Assembly: GCA_963666835.2 (NCBI GenBank)
Contig: CAXXGO010000006.1
Location: 1,504,001-1,568,000 of the forward strand
Length of the DNA: 64,000 nucleotides
Reading direction: 5' to 3'
DNA from: Phycisphaerae bacterium
GTDB taxonomy: Bacteria > Planctomycetota > Phycisphaerae > UBA1845
The notes beneath the pieces were generated by a model that ran no database searches, had not been told where the DNA came from, and worked only from the letters and a program-made list of their open reading frames with translations. Below, piece by piece: positions 18,956-28,518 of this stretch. Positions within the stretch are counted from its first letter, which is position 1. Every line of letters begins with the position of its first letter. The position numbers were made by a program, and so were the translations under genes.

Positions 18956-20110
18956 ATGATCTATCTCGACAACGCCGCGACTTCCTGGCCGAAACCCGAC
19001 GGTGTGAATGAAGCGATCACCCGGTTCCTTTGCGACGTGGGCGCCAACCCGGGACGTAGCGGCCACCGACTTGCCAACGAGGCCGAACGTATGCGCTTCG
19101 ACGCCCGCGAGGCCATCGCAGCGCTCTTTGGCCTTTCAGACCCGTTGCGAATCGTCTTCACACCCAACGCCACCGCGGCGCTTAACATCGTGATTCAGGG
19201 TCTCTTGCCGCCTGGTTCCCATGTCGTTGCAACCGGCATGGAGCACAACGCGGTCATGCGACCGCTCCGCATGATGGAGCAACGTGGTGTGTCGATCAGC
19301 ATCGCACCATGTGGGTGCGATGGCACCATGCGCGCATCGAGTGTTGACGAGCTGATTCGCCCAGACACTCGCCTCATTGTTGCGAACCACGCTTCAAACG
19401 TCAGCGGTACTCTGCTGCCCATCCGTCAGGTTGGGGATGTTGCCAGCGCGCGCGGTATCCCGCTTCTCGTCGATGCCGCCCAGACGGCCGGTTGTGTGCC
19501 GATCAACCTTGGCGCCGACAACATCGACCTTCTTGCCTTCACCGGTCACAAGGGGTTACTGGGCCCGACCGGCACCGGCGGCTTGGCCTTTCGCGACGAA
19601 TTTGACATTGGCCGCCTTCCTCCGCTGATCTACGGTGGAACCGGCAGCCGATCAGAGCACGAGGTACAACCCGACTTCCCACCGGATAAGTACGAGGGTG
19701 GCACATCCAACATTCTCGGGTTAGCTGGTCTGGCGGCCAGTGTTCGCTACGTCCTGGATCGCGGTGTCGAGGCCGTCCGCGCCTATGAGGCGGGGCTCAT
19801 TGGCCGGTTGATCGACGGGCTGGCCCGCATCCCGCGCATCACCATTGTCGGACCGTGCGACCCCGACAGACAGACCGGGATCGTTTCCATCGTGATCGAC
19901 GGCATGCTCTGCTCCGAGGCGGCTTTGGCCATGGACGAGCGGTTCGACATCATGTGCCGCCCGGGTCTTCACTGTGCACCGCTGGCTCACAGATCACTCG
20001 GCACTCTGCCGGACGGCACGGTTCGCTTTGCTCCCGGGCCGTTCACAACTGAGGGTGAGATTGACCAGGCTATCGCCGCCGTAGCAAAGATCGCCGGGGG
20101 CGACACATGA
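18956..20110 (+). CDS. PLP-dependent class V aminotransferase (cysteine desulfurase/selenocysteine lyase-like)
   Basis: MIYLDNAATSWPKP, EHNAV, DAAQTAG, TGHKGLLGP.GTG and RPGLHCAP. Confidence 0.9.
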   Translation: MIYLDNAATSWPKPDGVNEAITRFLCDVGANPGRSGHRLANEAERMRFDAREAIAALFGLSDPLRIVFTPNATAALNIVIQGLLPPGSHVVATGMEHNAVMRPLRMMEQRGVSISIAPCGCDGTMRASSVDELIRPDTRLIVANHASNVSGTLLPIRQVGDVASARGIPLLVDAAQTAGCVPINLGADNIDLLAFTGHKGLLGPTGTGGLAFRDEFDIGRLPPLIYGGTGSRSEHEVQPDFPPDKYEGGTSNILGLAGLAASVRYVLDRGVEAVRAYEAGLIGRLIDGLARIPRITIVGPCDPDRQTGIVSIVIDGMLCSEAALAMDERFDIMCRPGLHCAPLAHRSLGTLPDGTVRFAPGPFTTEGEIDQAIAAVAKIAGGDT

Positions 20111-20328
20111 ATAAGTATGCCGTCATCCTGGTCCACAGCACCAGCCACGCCATCCAGGCGGAGCGCGTGCTGAAGAGGGCCAACCTTCTCGTCAAGCTGA
20201 TTCCGACGCCGCGGCACCTCAGTAGCGACTGTGGCTCGGCGATTCGCATCGACGCTGCGGACCAGGAGGCCAGCACTGCAGTGCTGAAGCAGGCCGGCGT
20301 TCCGATTCAGCGAGTCGAACCTCTGTGA
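20107..20328 (+). CDS. DUF3343-like putative Se/S carrier protein
   Basis: STSHAIQAE, LIPTPRHLSSDCG motif; ATGA overlap with the upstream gene. Confidence 0.8.
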   Translation: MNKYAVILVHSTSHAIQAERVLKRANLLVKLIPTPRHLSSDCGSAIRIDAADQEASTAVLKQAGVPIQRVEPL

Positions 20329-20343
20329 CAGTGGAACCTTAAC

Positions 20344-21402
20344 ATGAACGCGAACACGCCAATACGACTGACACAGCTGACAACGGCCGCGGGGTGAGCC
20401 GCCAAGATGGCGCCTGACGCGCTGGCGCAGGTACTGCGCCCCCTAGCCGGTATGTTCTCGGTCGATCAGTTCCCCCAGCTTCTGGTTGGGTTAGGGGGTA
20501 CCGACGATGCAGCCGTGTACAAAGTCACGGATGACGTGGCTCTCATCGCCACTCTCGACTTCTTCACTCCGATTGTCGATGACCCCTACCAGTACGGCGC
20601 CGTCGCGGCCACCAACGCCCTCAGCGATATCTATGCCATGGGAGGCGAGGTTGCGATTGCTCTGAACATATGCTGCCTCTCCGAGTGCCTGCCGGTTGAC
20701 ATCATCAGCGAGATCCTGCGTGGCGGAGCTGACAAGGTCCACGAGGCTGGCGGGGTCCTCGCGGGCGGTCATTCCGTTGACGATAAGGAGCCCAAATACG
20801 GCCTGGCCGCGATCGGCTTTGTCCATCCAGACCGGGTGCTTACCAAGAACGGTGCCAGGCACGGCGATGTTCTCGTGCTCACCAAACCGCTGGGCGTCGG
20901 CATCATCAGCACCGCCTTCAAGGCCGATCATGCGCGTCCTGAGCACATGACGGCGGCCGTCGAATCCATGCTCAGGCTCAACCGCACTGCGTCGCAATTG
21001 CTTCAAGCACATGGCGCCCGTGCCTGCACTGACGTCACCGGTTTTGCTCTCCTCGGCCATTGCTCTGAGTTGGCCGAGAAGAGTGACGTGTGCCTTCGCA
21101 TTCATGCCACTACCATACCTTTCCTGCCGGGCGCCGAAGAATATGCCGACAGCTGGCTGTTTCCCGGCGGCACTGCGCGCAACAAGCACGCATATCAATC
21201 GCGCGTTCGCGTGGCCGACGGCGTCATCGAAGAAGTCGAACAGTTGCTCTACACGCCGGAGACCTCCGGCGGCCTGATCGCGACGATCCCGGCAGACCGG
21301 CTCGATGACCTGAAGTCCGCCTTCGACGCTGCCAGGCACCCCCTGTGGGTGATCGGCGAGGTGAGCGCCGCCTCCGATCATCACATCGAGATCATTCCTT
21401 GA
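20344..21402 (+). CDS. selD: Selenide, water dikinase (selenophosphate synthetase), predicted selenoprotein with Sec at codon 18
   Basis: ATG 20344 reads MNANTPIRLTQLTTAAG-TGA(20395-20397)-AAKMAP, in frame with ORF 20407..21402 (DDAAVY, DFFTPIVDDP, NALSDIYAMGG, TDVTGFALLGH, ETSGGL); the TGA sits at the catalytic Cys/Sec of the G[C/U]xxK motif. Confidence 0.93.
20424..20440 (+). promoter_or_regulatory. Candidate bacterial SECIS hairpin
   Basis: GGCGCAG-GTA-CTGCGCC perfect stem with a G-initiated loop about 33 nt after the in-frame UGA. Confidence 0.65.
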
Positions 21403-21445
21403 CACACGATGCACTCACGCGCGCCGTTCGGCAATCGTCTTCCGT

Positions 21446-21640
21446 CTAATCTTGGACATGAAAGGTGATCGACGCCCAGAAACTCTCCCAGTCAGCCGCA
21501 GGCGAGCCTTTGTTGCCCTCGTTCACGTCCCTGATTCGCCTGATGAGGTGAGTCCGGAAGAACCAGACACCAGCGCGCTCCAGAGTCAGGGTAGCCTCTC
21601 CGTTCGCATCGGTAAGAACGTTTTCGACGTAATCGTGTGA
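21446..21640 (-). pseudogene. C-terminal fragment of a DUF4198/NikM-like periplasmic protein
   Basis: TDANGEATLTLERAGVW...ADWESFWASITF resembles the C-terminus of that family; no plausible N-terminal part upstream. Confidence 0.5.
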
Positions 21641-21759
21641 TTCCGACTTTCGGTGCGTGTGCGTGACCAAGTGTCGCTTGACGAGTGTAAACATAACGTC
21701 CATCATTCTGTCCTCGTCATGCTCAACATGCTGGTTTTGGTTAGTCTCTGCAGAACAAG

Positions 21760-21828
21760 AGCTTACACATAAACGCGGGTGTGGCAGTAGGTTACGTTCT
21801 CGGCGTCCATCACGCTCATAACCCGGAG
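21760..21828 (+). repeat. 69-bp direct repeat, right copy
   Basis: 67/69 identical to 17167-17235; continues GGTTCAATCC (T-loop-like). Confidence 0.9.
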
Positions 21829-21880
21829 GGTTCAATCCAGATCGGCGACGAACGGTTAGGACGGATACACCGGCTGTCGA

Positions 21881-23584
21881 TTACGCGTCAGCATCAGCAT
21901 CGCCGGCGGAGCGGGTGGCCAGATGTCGCGCGGCGGGAGTGCCTTGCATCGCGTCGCAGAGGGTCTGCCACGCGGCTTGGGCTCTGTCGAGCAGGCCCAT
22001 GTCCTGCAGGCAGAGAGCGAGATTCGCGACGTAATCCACCTTCTCCGGGGCTTCGGCGGCGGCGGTTTCGAACTGCTCCAGAGCCGAGGCGAACTCCCCG
22101 CGATCGGCGAACATCAAACCCAGTTGGTAATGCAGGTCCACCGACTCCTGGTCGACCCGCATAGCCCGCTCGACCGCGCAAACTGCCGCTTTAGTGTCAC
22201 CCGCTTCGCGAAGGGCCAGACCCAGCTTGGCGAGCGCCTTGGAGTAGTTCGGGTTGATCCTCACCGCTTCGCCGAAAGCTCTGATAGCCCCGGTCAAATC
22301 GCCCACATGACGCAACAGCATACCCAGTTGATAGTGCAGGTCGGCGTGGTCCGGATGCTCGCGAAGCGTCGTGCGCAGATTGTGGATCTGCCGATCGATC
22401 ATCTCCGAGATTCCCGAGCCGGGCGGACCTTCCGGAGTATCGACGACCGCTCGCGGCGAAAGGTATTTCTTGTGCTGCTCGGCCCCCGACAGCAGCAGTT
22501 GCAGGCGAGCAGTCTCGGCGAAAAGTAGAGTACTGTTCGGCTCGATGCCGGCGGCCATTTCGAAACTGGCTTTGGCGTCCGCGGTTCGGCCCAGACCTTG
22601 CTGCGCAACGCCCAGCCCGAGATACGCACTGAGGATCCGATCGTTGATCTCCACTGCCCGGCCGAACAGCCGCGCCGCCTCCATGTAATCGCCGCGGCGC
22701 AGGTAACCGGTCCCGGCCTTGACCGCAGCTTCGAGATAGTCCGGATTAAGCCGCACCGCCTGAACAAAGGCCTCCAACGCCTCGGGTTCGCGACCGGCCC
22801 GCCGGTAGACATCCCCCAACTGCAGGTACTGCTCGGCACATTCCGGACGTTGCTCGATCAGCTCGTTCAGCGCCGCCGCGGCTTCGTCAAACCTCCCCGC
22901 ATTGACGCACGCGGTAACCAGATCCGCCTGGGCCTCCCAATTGTCGGGGTCCATGGCCAGCGCGAACTGGAATCGCTCAATCGCATCTTCGAAAAGACCC
23001 ATACGGACGTACAGGTTCGCCAGAGTAAGTGACGCTGGTATGTCATCCGGCTCACAGCGGCAGAGGTACTCATAATGAACGACGGCCAGGTTGACCTCGT
23101 CCAGCTTCAGGTAGATTGCCGCCATTCGCTCATGGGCATTGCGGAGCTGCGGGATTGCGTCGAGCGCCGTCTCGTAGGAAGTCAAAGCCGCTTCCGCATC
23201 ACCGAGCTTCTCTTGGCAGAACCCCAGCCCGAACCAGGCCGCTCCGTCTTCGGGAAGCTGCCGAAGGACGATCTCCAGTTGCTCGACGGCGGCCCGGGTT
23301 CGGCCTTGCTCGTCATGAGTGCACGCAAGTCCCAGTCGGGCAACGTGATCAAACTCATCCAGCCGCAGCGCTTTGGTGAACTCATCTTGCGCTCGGCAGA
23401 ACTGCCGGTCTTCGAGCATTCGAATGCCCATCCGGCGCCGGTACTCCGCTTGTTGAGGGTTCTGCTCGATACGAACGGCCAACTCGCGCGTGGAGAGTCG
23501 GCCGTCATCGTGCAGCAGATCACGAAACGCCGCGGAGAGCTCCGCAAGAAGACCCCGCCCGAGGATTTCCAGCAGGTGCGACAT
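21881..23584 (-). CDS. Tetratricopeptide repeat protein
   Basis: Many 34-aa TPR-like units (AWFGLGFCQEKLG, QYLQLGDVY, HADLHYQLG). Confidence 0.85.
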   Translation of the reverse strand: MSHLLEILGRGLLAELSAAFRDLLHDDGRLSTRELAVRIEQNPQQAEYRRRMGIRMLEDRQFCRAQDEFTKALRLDEFDHVARLGLACTHDEQGRTRAAVEQLEIVLRQLPEDGAAWFGLGFCQEKLGDAEAALTSYETALDAIPQLRNAHERMAAIYLKLDEVNLAVVHYEYLCRCEPDDIPASLTLANLYVRMGLFEDAIERFQFALAMDPDNWEAQADLVTACVNAGRFDEAAAALNELIEQRPECAEQYLQLGDVYRRAGREPEALEAFVQAVRLNPDYLEAAVKAGTGYLRRGDYMEAARLFGRAVEINDRILSAYLGLGVAQQGLGRTADAKASFEMAAGIEPNSTLLFAETARLQLLLSGAEQHKKYLSPRAVVDTPEGPPGSGISEMIDRQIHNLRTTLREHPDHADLHYQLGMLLRHVGDLTGAIRAFGEAVRINPNYSKALAKLGLALREAGDTKAAVCAVERAMRVDQESVDLHYQLGLMFADRGEFASALEQFETAAAEAPEKVDYVANLALCLQDMGLLDRAQAAWQTLCDAMQGTPAARHLATRSAGDADADA

Positions 23585-23601
23585 CGGGCCCCCAGAGAGG
23601 A

Positions 23602-24804
23602 TTAGGACGACAATGCCGCCAGCGCGTTCCGCGCGGCCGCAAAGCTCCCGTTCAGGTCCAGAGCATGTTCATAGGCGTCGCGCGCCCGGGTGACCTCGCC
23701 GCCCTGGCGGTAGACGTTGCCCAACATGAAATAGACATCGGGGTACTCCGCCCCGGCAGCCACGGCCTGCTCCAGCCGAGTAGCGGCATCCGCATTCCGA
23801 TCGGTGCGATGATAGAGCCGCCCAAGCTCGATAAGCGCGCGGGTGAACCTCGGATCGAGTTTCACCGCTCGTTCGTTTCGGTTGATCGCCTCGTCATGCC
23901 GCCCCAGCCGCTCCAGCACGCGGCCGCAGTGGAAGTGCAGCTCGGCGTGTTCCGGCTGCCGCTCCAACGCCACCTCCAGGGTACGAAGCAACATGGCGAA
24001 GATCCGCGGGCCCGCCATTCCGGACGGCAAAGACAGAAAAGCATCAACGAAGCCTGGATCCTGTTGGATTACGGATGATAACTCGTCCACACCGCGGCAA
24101 TCAGCCTCCAACTCATCCTCCGGCATGACCGCCCGAACGCGGTGATCTTCACCTTGTTCGCTAACAGCCTTGGCGGCCTGGGCCAGCAGCAGCCCGATGC
24201 GAGCGTCATAAGGCCTGCGAGACTGGGCGCGCTGCAGAAGCTTAAACGCCTCGTCGGGGGCGTTACGAACCCCGCAACACATCGCCAAGCTGACCAGAGA
24301 ATCCGTGTGGTCGCCGTCGAGGTTCAAGGCCTGCGTAAACCGTAACTCTGCTTCGTCGTAGCGCTCTACCAACGTCAGTAGCGTGCCAAGCTGGAAGTGC
24401 AGTTCCGCATGTTCCGGGTTGATGCTGATAGCCGCCCGCAGGGTCGTGATTGCTTCATCGCGCATTCCTGCCGCCCATTGGCTAAGCGCTTGCCGTATCC
24501 GCAATTCCGCGCGCGAAGGATGCGCATCGACCGCCTTGGCCATTGTGTCGGCGGCGTCTGTTGGCTGCCCCTTGGCGAGATAGCACGCGGCTAAGTACGA
24601 GGGCAGCGATCGGTCCACGCACCCCAGCTCGGCGGCGCGCGAGAACGCCTCCACGGCCTGCGTATGCTGCCCCACATTGAGCAGGCAGATTCCGCGGCGA
24701 ACCTCTCGAGACGCCTCGAAATGCCGTTGAATAACCTCGAGAAGGGTATCAGCCTCAAGCACCGGCTGCTCCGTTAGTACTGCCGTTGGCGCGTTATCGG
24801 ACAT
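23602..24804 (-). CDS. Tetratricopeptide repeat protein
   Basis: TPR-like units (PEHAELHFQLG, PEHAELHFHCG, YPDVYFMLGNVY); co-oriented with the downstream TPR gene. Confidence 0.85.
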   Translation of the reverse strand: MSDNAPTAVLTEQPVLEADTLLEVIQRHFEASREVRRGICLLNVGQHTQAVEAFSRAAELGCVDRSLPSYLAACYLAKGQPTDAADTMAKAVDAHPSRAELRIRQALSQWAAGMRDEAITTLRAAISINPEHAELHFQLGTLLTLVERYDEAELRFTQALNLDGDHTDSLVSLAMCCGVRNAPDEAFKLLQRAQSRRPYDARIGLLLAQAAKAVSEQGEDHRVRAVMPEDELEADCRGVDELSSVIQQDPGFVDAFLSLPSGMAGPRIFAMLLRTLEVALERQPEHAELHFHCGRVLERLGRHDEAINRNERAVKLDPRFTRALIELGRLYHRTDRNADAATRLEQAVAAGAEYPDVYFMLGNVYRQGGEVTRARDAYEHALDLNGSFAAARNALAALSS

Positions 24805-25052
24805 GGTGGGCTCGCTCCCGTTGCCTCAGTTAGGTCTCCGTCTCGCCCGATATATCGGAAGTTCCTCCCGCGAGGGTTACTAGGGAACATCGTTATCATA
24901 CCGCACCGTGCCACTGCTGCCGATAAACGAGACCGTTGTCTGTTTCCAGGAGTTCAATTATCGGACCACGGCCTACCTGACAGCGCCGCCATACTGGACA
25001 GCATCCAGGGTCGCCTCTACGCTGCTTCGACGTTGCCAAACGAGGATCGCTT

Positions 25053-26522
25053 ATGCTCGTCGACGCACTGCTTGAAACCCAACGCCGGAGTCCGGCCCGG
25101 CTTGCTGTTGCGGACGGGACCAGGGGACTGACCTACCGACAGTTGGCCCGTTTGGCTGCGGTGCTCCGCAAGATCATCGCTCGCGAGACATCCGCCAATC
25201 GGGTCGGAATCATGCTTCCGGCCTCCGCGGCGTTCCCGGCCGTTCTCTTCGGAGCGCTTTGGGCCGGCAGGACTGCTGTTCCCTTGAACTTCCTGTTAAA
25301 CGACGAGGAACTCTCCCCTTCAATCGACGACGCACACCTCGACCTAATCGTCACAACTCGCCACTTCGCCAAGCTCGCCGCGAAACTCCCGGCACGCGCC
25401 GTTTTCCTGGAAGACCTTCCCCTGAAGCGTGGAATGGTCTTCGCCTCGCTGAGGCGCTTGCCCAAGCCTCCGCAGATCGATGCGGACGAGACGGCCGTGG
25501 TCCTGTTCACGTCCGGAACAACGGCACGCCCTCGCGGCGTGGAACTTACGTATACTAATCTGTATTCAAACTGCGTCGACCTTTTGCACTCTCTTAATAT
25601 AGAGGCCCCGCAGAGGTTCTTGAACATTCTGCCCCCGTTTCACGTGTTTGGGCTGACGGCCAATGTGCTCGCCCCGGTGGTTCTGGGGGCTACCGTTTTC
25701 GCGATCCCCCGTTTCAATCCGGCGGCCGTGCTCAAGACGGCGGCGAAGGAGCACATCTCGATCATCCTGGCGATTCCCAGCATGTACGCCGCCATGCTCC
25801 GCTCGAAATCCGCCCCGGCCGAAGCGTTGAAGTCGATCTTCCTCGCCGTCAGCGGGGGAGAGCCTCTGCCGGACAGAGTGCGCACCGGAATGCGCGAGAA
25901 GTTCGGCGTATCACTGCACGAGGGCTACGGGCTGACCGAAACGTCTCCCGTGATCGCTGCTTCCAGCCCAACCGATTACCGGGACGGCACGGTCGGAAAG
26001 CCCCTCCGGAACGTGGAGATACTTGTGAAGGGAGACGACGGCCGCCCTGCGCCCGTGGGAACGGACGGCGAGATCTTCGTCCGGTCGCCCGGCGTCATGA
26101 AGGGCTACCTCGACCGGCCGGAAGATACTCGGCAAGCAATCGACGCGGACGGCTGGTTCGCAACCGGAGACCTCGGCCACTTGGATGCCGACGGGTTCCT
26201 GACTATCTCAGGTCGGGCCAAAGAGCTTTTGATCATCGGCGGAGAGAATGTCTTCCCCCGTGAAATCGAGAATGTTCTCGAGCAGCACGAGAGTGTGGTT
26301 CAGGCAACGGTGATCGGGGTCCCGGACGATCTACGGGGTGAGGTCCCGGTAGCGTTTGTAATACCCAAGCCAGAAAAGGACGTCGACGAGCAGGCGCTGC
26401 GTTCCTTTGCCAAGCAGTTTCTGGCGGGTTTCAAGGTCCCCCGCAGGATCATAATCCGGGAAGACCTCCCCAAAGGGCCGACCGGCAAGATCCAGAAACG
26501 CCGACTCCACGAGTTGCTCTAA
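25053..26522 (+). CDS. AMP-binding acyl-CoA ligase (long-chain-fatty-acid--CoA ligase-like)
   Basis: FTSGTTARPRG, EGYGLTETSP, TGDLG, GENVFPREIE and LPKGPTGKI. Confidence 0.9.
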   Translation: MLVDALLETQRRSPARLAVADGTRGLTYRQLARLAAVLRKIIARETSANRVGIMLPASAAFPAVLFGALWAGRTAVPLNFLLNDEELSPSIDDAHLDLIVTTRHFAKLAAKLPARAVFLEDLPLKRGMVFASLRRLPKPPQIDADETAVVLFTSGTTARPRGVELTYTNLYSNCVDLLHSLNIEAPQRFLNILPPFHVFGLTANVLAPVVLGATVFAIPRFNPAAVLKTAAKEHISIILAIPSMYAAMLRSKSAPAEALKSIFLAVSGGEPLPDRVRTGMREKFGVSLHEGYGLTETSPVIAASSPTDYRDGTVGKPLRNVEILVKGDDGRPAPVGTDGEIFVRSPGVMKGYLDRPEDTRQAIDADGWFATGDLGHLDADGFLTISGRAKELLIIGGENVFPREIENVLEQHESVVQATVIGVPDDLRGEVPVAFVIPKPEKDVDEQALRSFAKQFLAGFKVPRRIIIREDLPKGPTGKIQKRRLHELL

Positions 26523-26573
26523 ACAGCCTTGGCCGACATCTCATTTACCGTTTGGCGGAAGTACGCCGCGCGC

Positions 26574-26611
26574 AAAGAAACGGGCCGACCCGATCAGTTC
26601 GGAACGGCCCG
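26574..26611 (-). terminator. Putative intrinsic terminator of the PEP-CTERM gene
   Basis: CGGGCCG...CGGCCCG stem followed by TTTCTTT on the minus strand. Confidence 0.6.
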
Positions 26612-26652
26612 CGGAAAAGCGAAACGCGCTGCGCCGAGCGGCGCGGCCAAAC

Positions 26653-27519
26653 CTAGCGGCGACGGCGAAGCAGGCTCAGGCCGCCCAAACCGAGCAGCAT
26701 CAGCGTAGCGGGCTCCGGCACAACGGCCAACCCAGCGAAACCGTCGGAGAAGATCGTGCTATTGAAATTCCCAATCTTCGTGGCGACTCCGGTGTAGGGA
26801 TCGAACGAATAGAGCTCATTCGAGCCCGGAGCATTCGCGTCACTTATGGGGCCGCCCGTGGCGAAGAACCCGTAGTCACTGCCCAAAGCCATGCCGCCGA
26901 TCCCGCCGAAAACCGGTTCCGTGTAGGTGGTTATCGTGGAGGAGATCACTCCCGTTGTCGGATCGATCTCAACCAGCGAATTTGTGTAGCGATCGAGCCC
27001 GACCAACACGCCATCGTCGCGCCAGCCTAGTCCGTTGACGTCGCGGCGTACGCTGCTCATGTTGTCGAAGAAACCTATTTGCGTGCCGGCTCCGGTCGTC
27101 AAGTCCAGAGAGAGCAGCCTGGGGTACGTAACCGGTCCGAAATTGGTCGCATAGGCCGTGCCGTCTGAACCGAAGGCCAACGATCCTTCATATCCAGTCA
27201 GGCGGCCGGTGTCGAGATCGAGAACCTTTGTAGCGAGAGCGGTTGTCGGATCGATGGAGTACAACTGGGCATCCGTCGTTATCCCGTAAAGGATGCCGTC
27301 GGGTGACATCTCCAACGCCCCGAGATTGTCCACGCCGGTGTATCCGATTAGAGTGAGCGAGGCATCAGCGGTCGAAATGCTGAACAGCCTTCCGGTATCC
27401 TGCTCAACCCCAACGAGGTCGACCTGCGGGACCGGACTGCCTTGCACCACCGTGGGAACTAGCAGTGCCACGCACGCTAGCGCGAAAACCTGCGTACAAA
27501 CAGAAATGGACGGCTTCAT
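26653..27519 (-). CDS. PEP-CTERM exosortase-target surface protein (beta-propeller-like)
   Basis: Signal peptide; repeated LYSIDPTT / LVEIDPTTG blades; C-terminal VPEPATLMLLGLGGLSLLRRRR. Confidence 0.92.
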   Translation of the reverse strand: MKPSISVCTQVFALACVALLVPTVVQGSPVPQVDLVGVEQDTGRLFSISTADASLTLIGYTGVDNLGALEMSPDGILYGITTDAQLYSIDPTTALATKVLDLDTGRLTGYEGSLAFGSDGTAYATNFGPVTYPRLLSLDLTTGAGTQIGFFDNMSSVRRDVNGLGWRDDGVLVGLDRYTNSLVEIDPTTGVISSTITTYTEPVFGGIGGMALGSDYGFFATGGPISDANAPGSNELYSFDPYTGVATKIGNFNSTIFSDGFAGLAVVPEPATLMLLGLGGLSLLRRRR

Positions 27520-28518
27520 CAGCTCTCCCCTTGTTCAATTATCCAAATCGACCATCGAGACGCGACACTTTCCCCGCCGCGTGCCAAAGTGAGGACCGGA
27601 GCACCCGCGCACAACCCACCGTGACGAATCCGATCCGGTATCTTTTATACGCCTGCCATCGGCGCACGTCAAGAACCAGCGGGCTCGCTCGTTATCCGGA
27701 ACAACCCTCGTAACGGTATTATGGCACCTTGGGCCCCCTTTTGCAAACCCCAGGAGAGGGCGGCCGCCGAAAATCACGGGCCGACGGAGGACGAAGCGCC
27801 CCGGCCGCTGGACAAACGCGTCCGGATTCAGCGGCGGTTGGCGCTCGCAAGGCGTACGAAGTCCGTCTTTGGGATCCGGAATCTCGGAGTATCCGAGACC
27901 ACCCCCTACGGCGGGATCAATGTGGAATCGGGCTATGTTCAACGCCGGATGCGCAGATTCTGCAGCGCGTCGATCACCTGCCGACGCGGGAGGTGTGCTG
28001 AGGCTGGTTGGCGGAGACCGGTGCATTCAGGGGCCAACATGCCCGGTGACTTCCGGTTGTTGAGTCGGCCTCACTCGTTGTCTCTCAGGGTTACGTCGTA
28101 GTCAAAATCCCGCCATACGCCCGCGTTATTCGCCGAACTGTCGGATGAATGCGAGGTGACAATTGCTCACTAGTTTACCCTCATGCGCGCGTTGTAGTGG
28201 AGAAGCTGGCACGGAACCTGAGCCGCGCGCTTGACACCGCTTGCAGGTTCGCCGATGCTTCAGAGGAAGATCGAGGGTCTTTCTGTCCGTCGATTGGCCA
28301 CCCTGATCGGGGAATGAGCCGGTTCGGAACGTAATGCTCGTTGGAGAATGGGCTCCCCGGTTGATGTTCGAGGCGATCAGGTCAAGTGGATTACGCAGGG
28401 CGAGTTGGCGGATGACGCATTCAATGGTGAGCGACGTGCTTGTGTCGCTGACCCGGTACCGGGAGACCGGTTCGGCGCAGGCAGTTACTACGACTCTGAA
28501 CATAGCGAGGTCATTGAA

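Noticed and set aside
20326..20343. Second Sec read-through fusing the DUF3343 gene to selD (its TGA is in frame with selD, five sense codons upstream)
   Set aside because: There is no hairpin after this TGA, it is not at a conserved Cys position, and in-frame spacing is expected by chance one time in three
21774..21850. Functional tRNA-Met gene
   Set aside because: It has CGCGGG, CTCATAA and GGTTCAATCC fragments but no complementary acceptor stem or proper anticodon/T stems; kept only as an att-like remnant
27535..28500. Short ORFs between the PEP-CTERM and collagen-like genes, and a sigma-54-like TGGCAC near 28207
   Set aside because: The ORFs overlap one another without motifs or RBS, and the -12 element reads CTGA rather than TTGC; treated as a divergent promoter region
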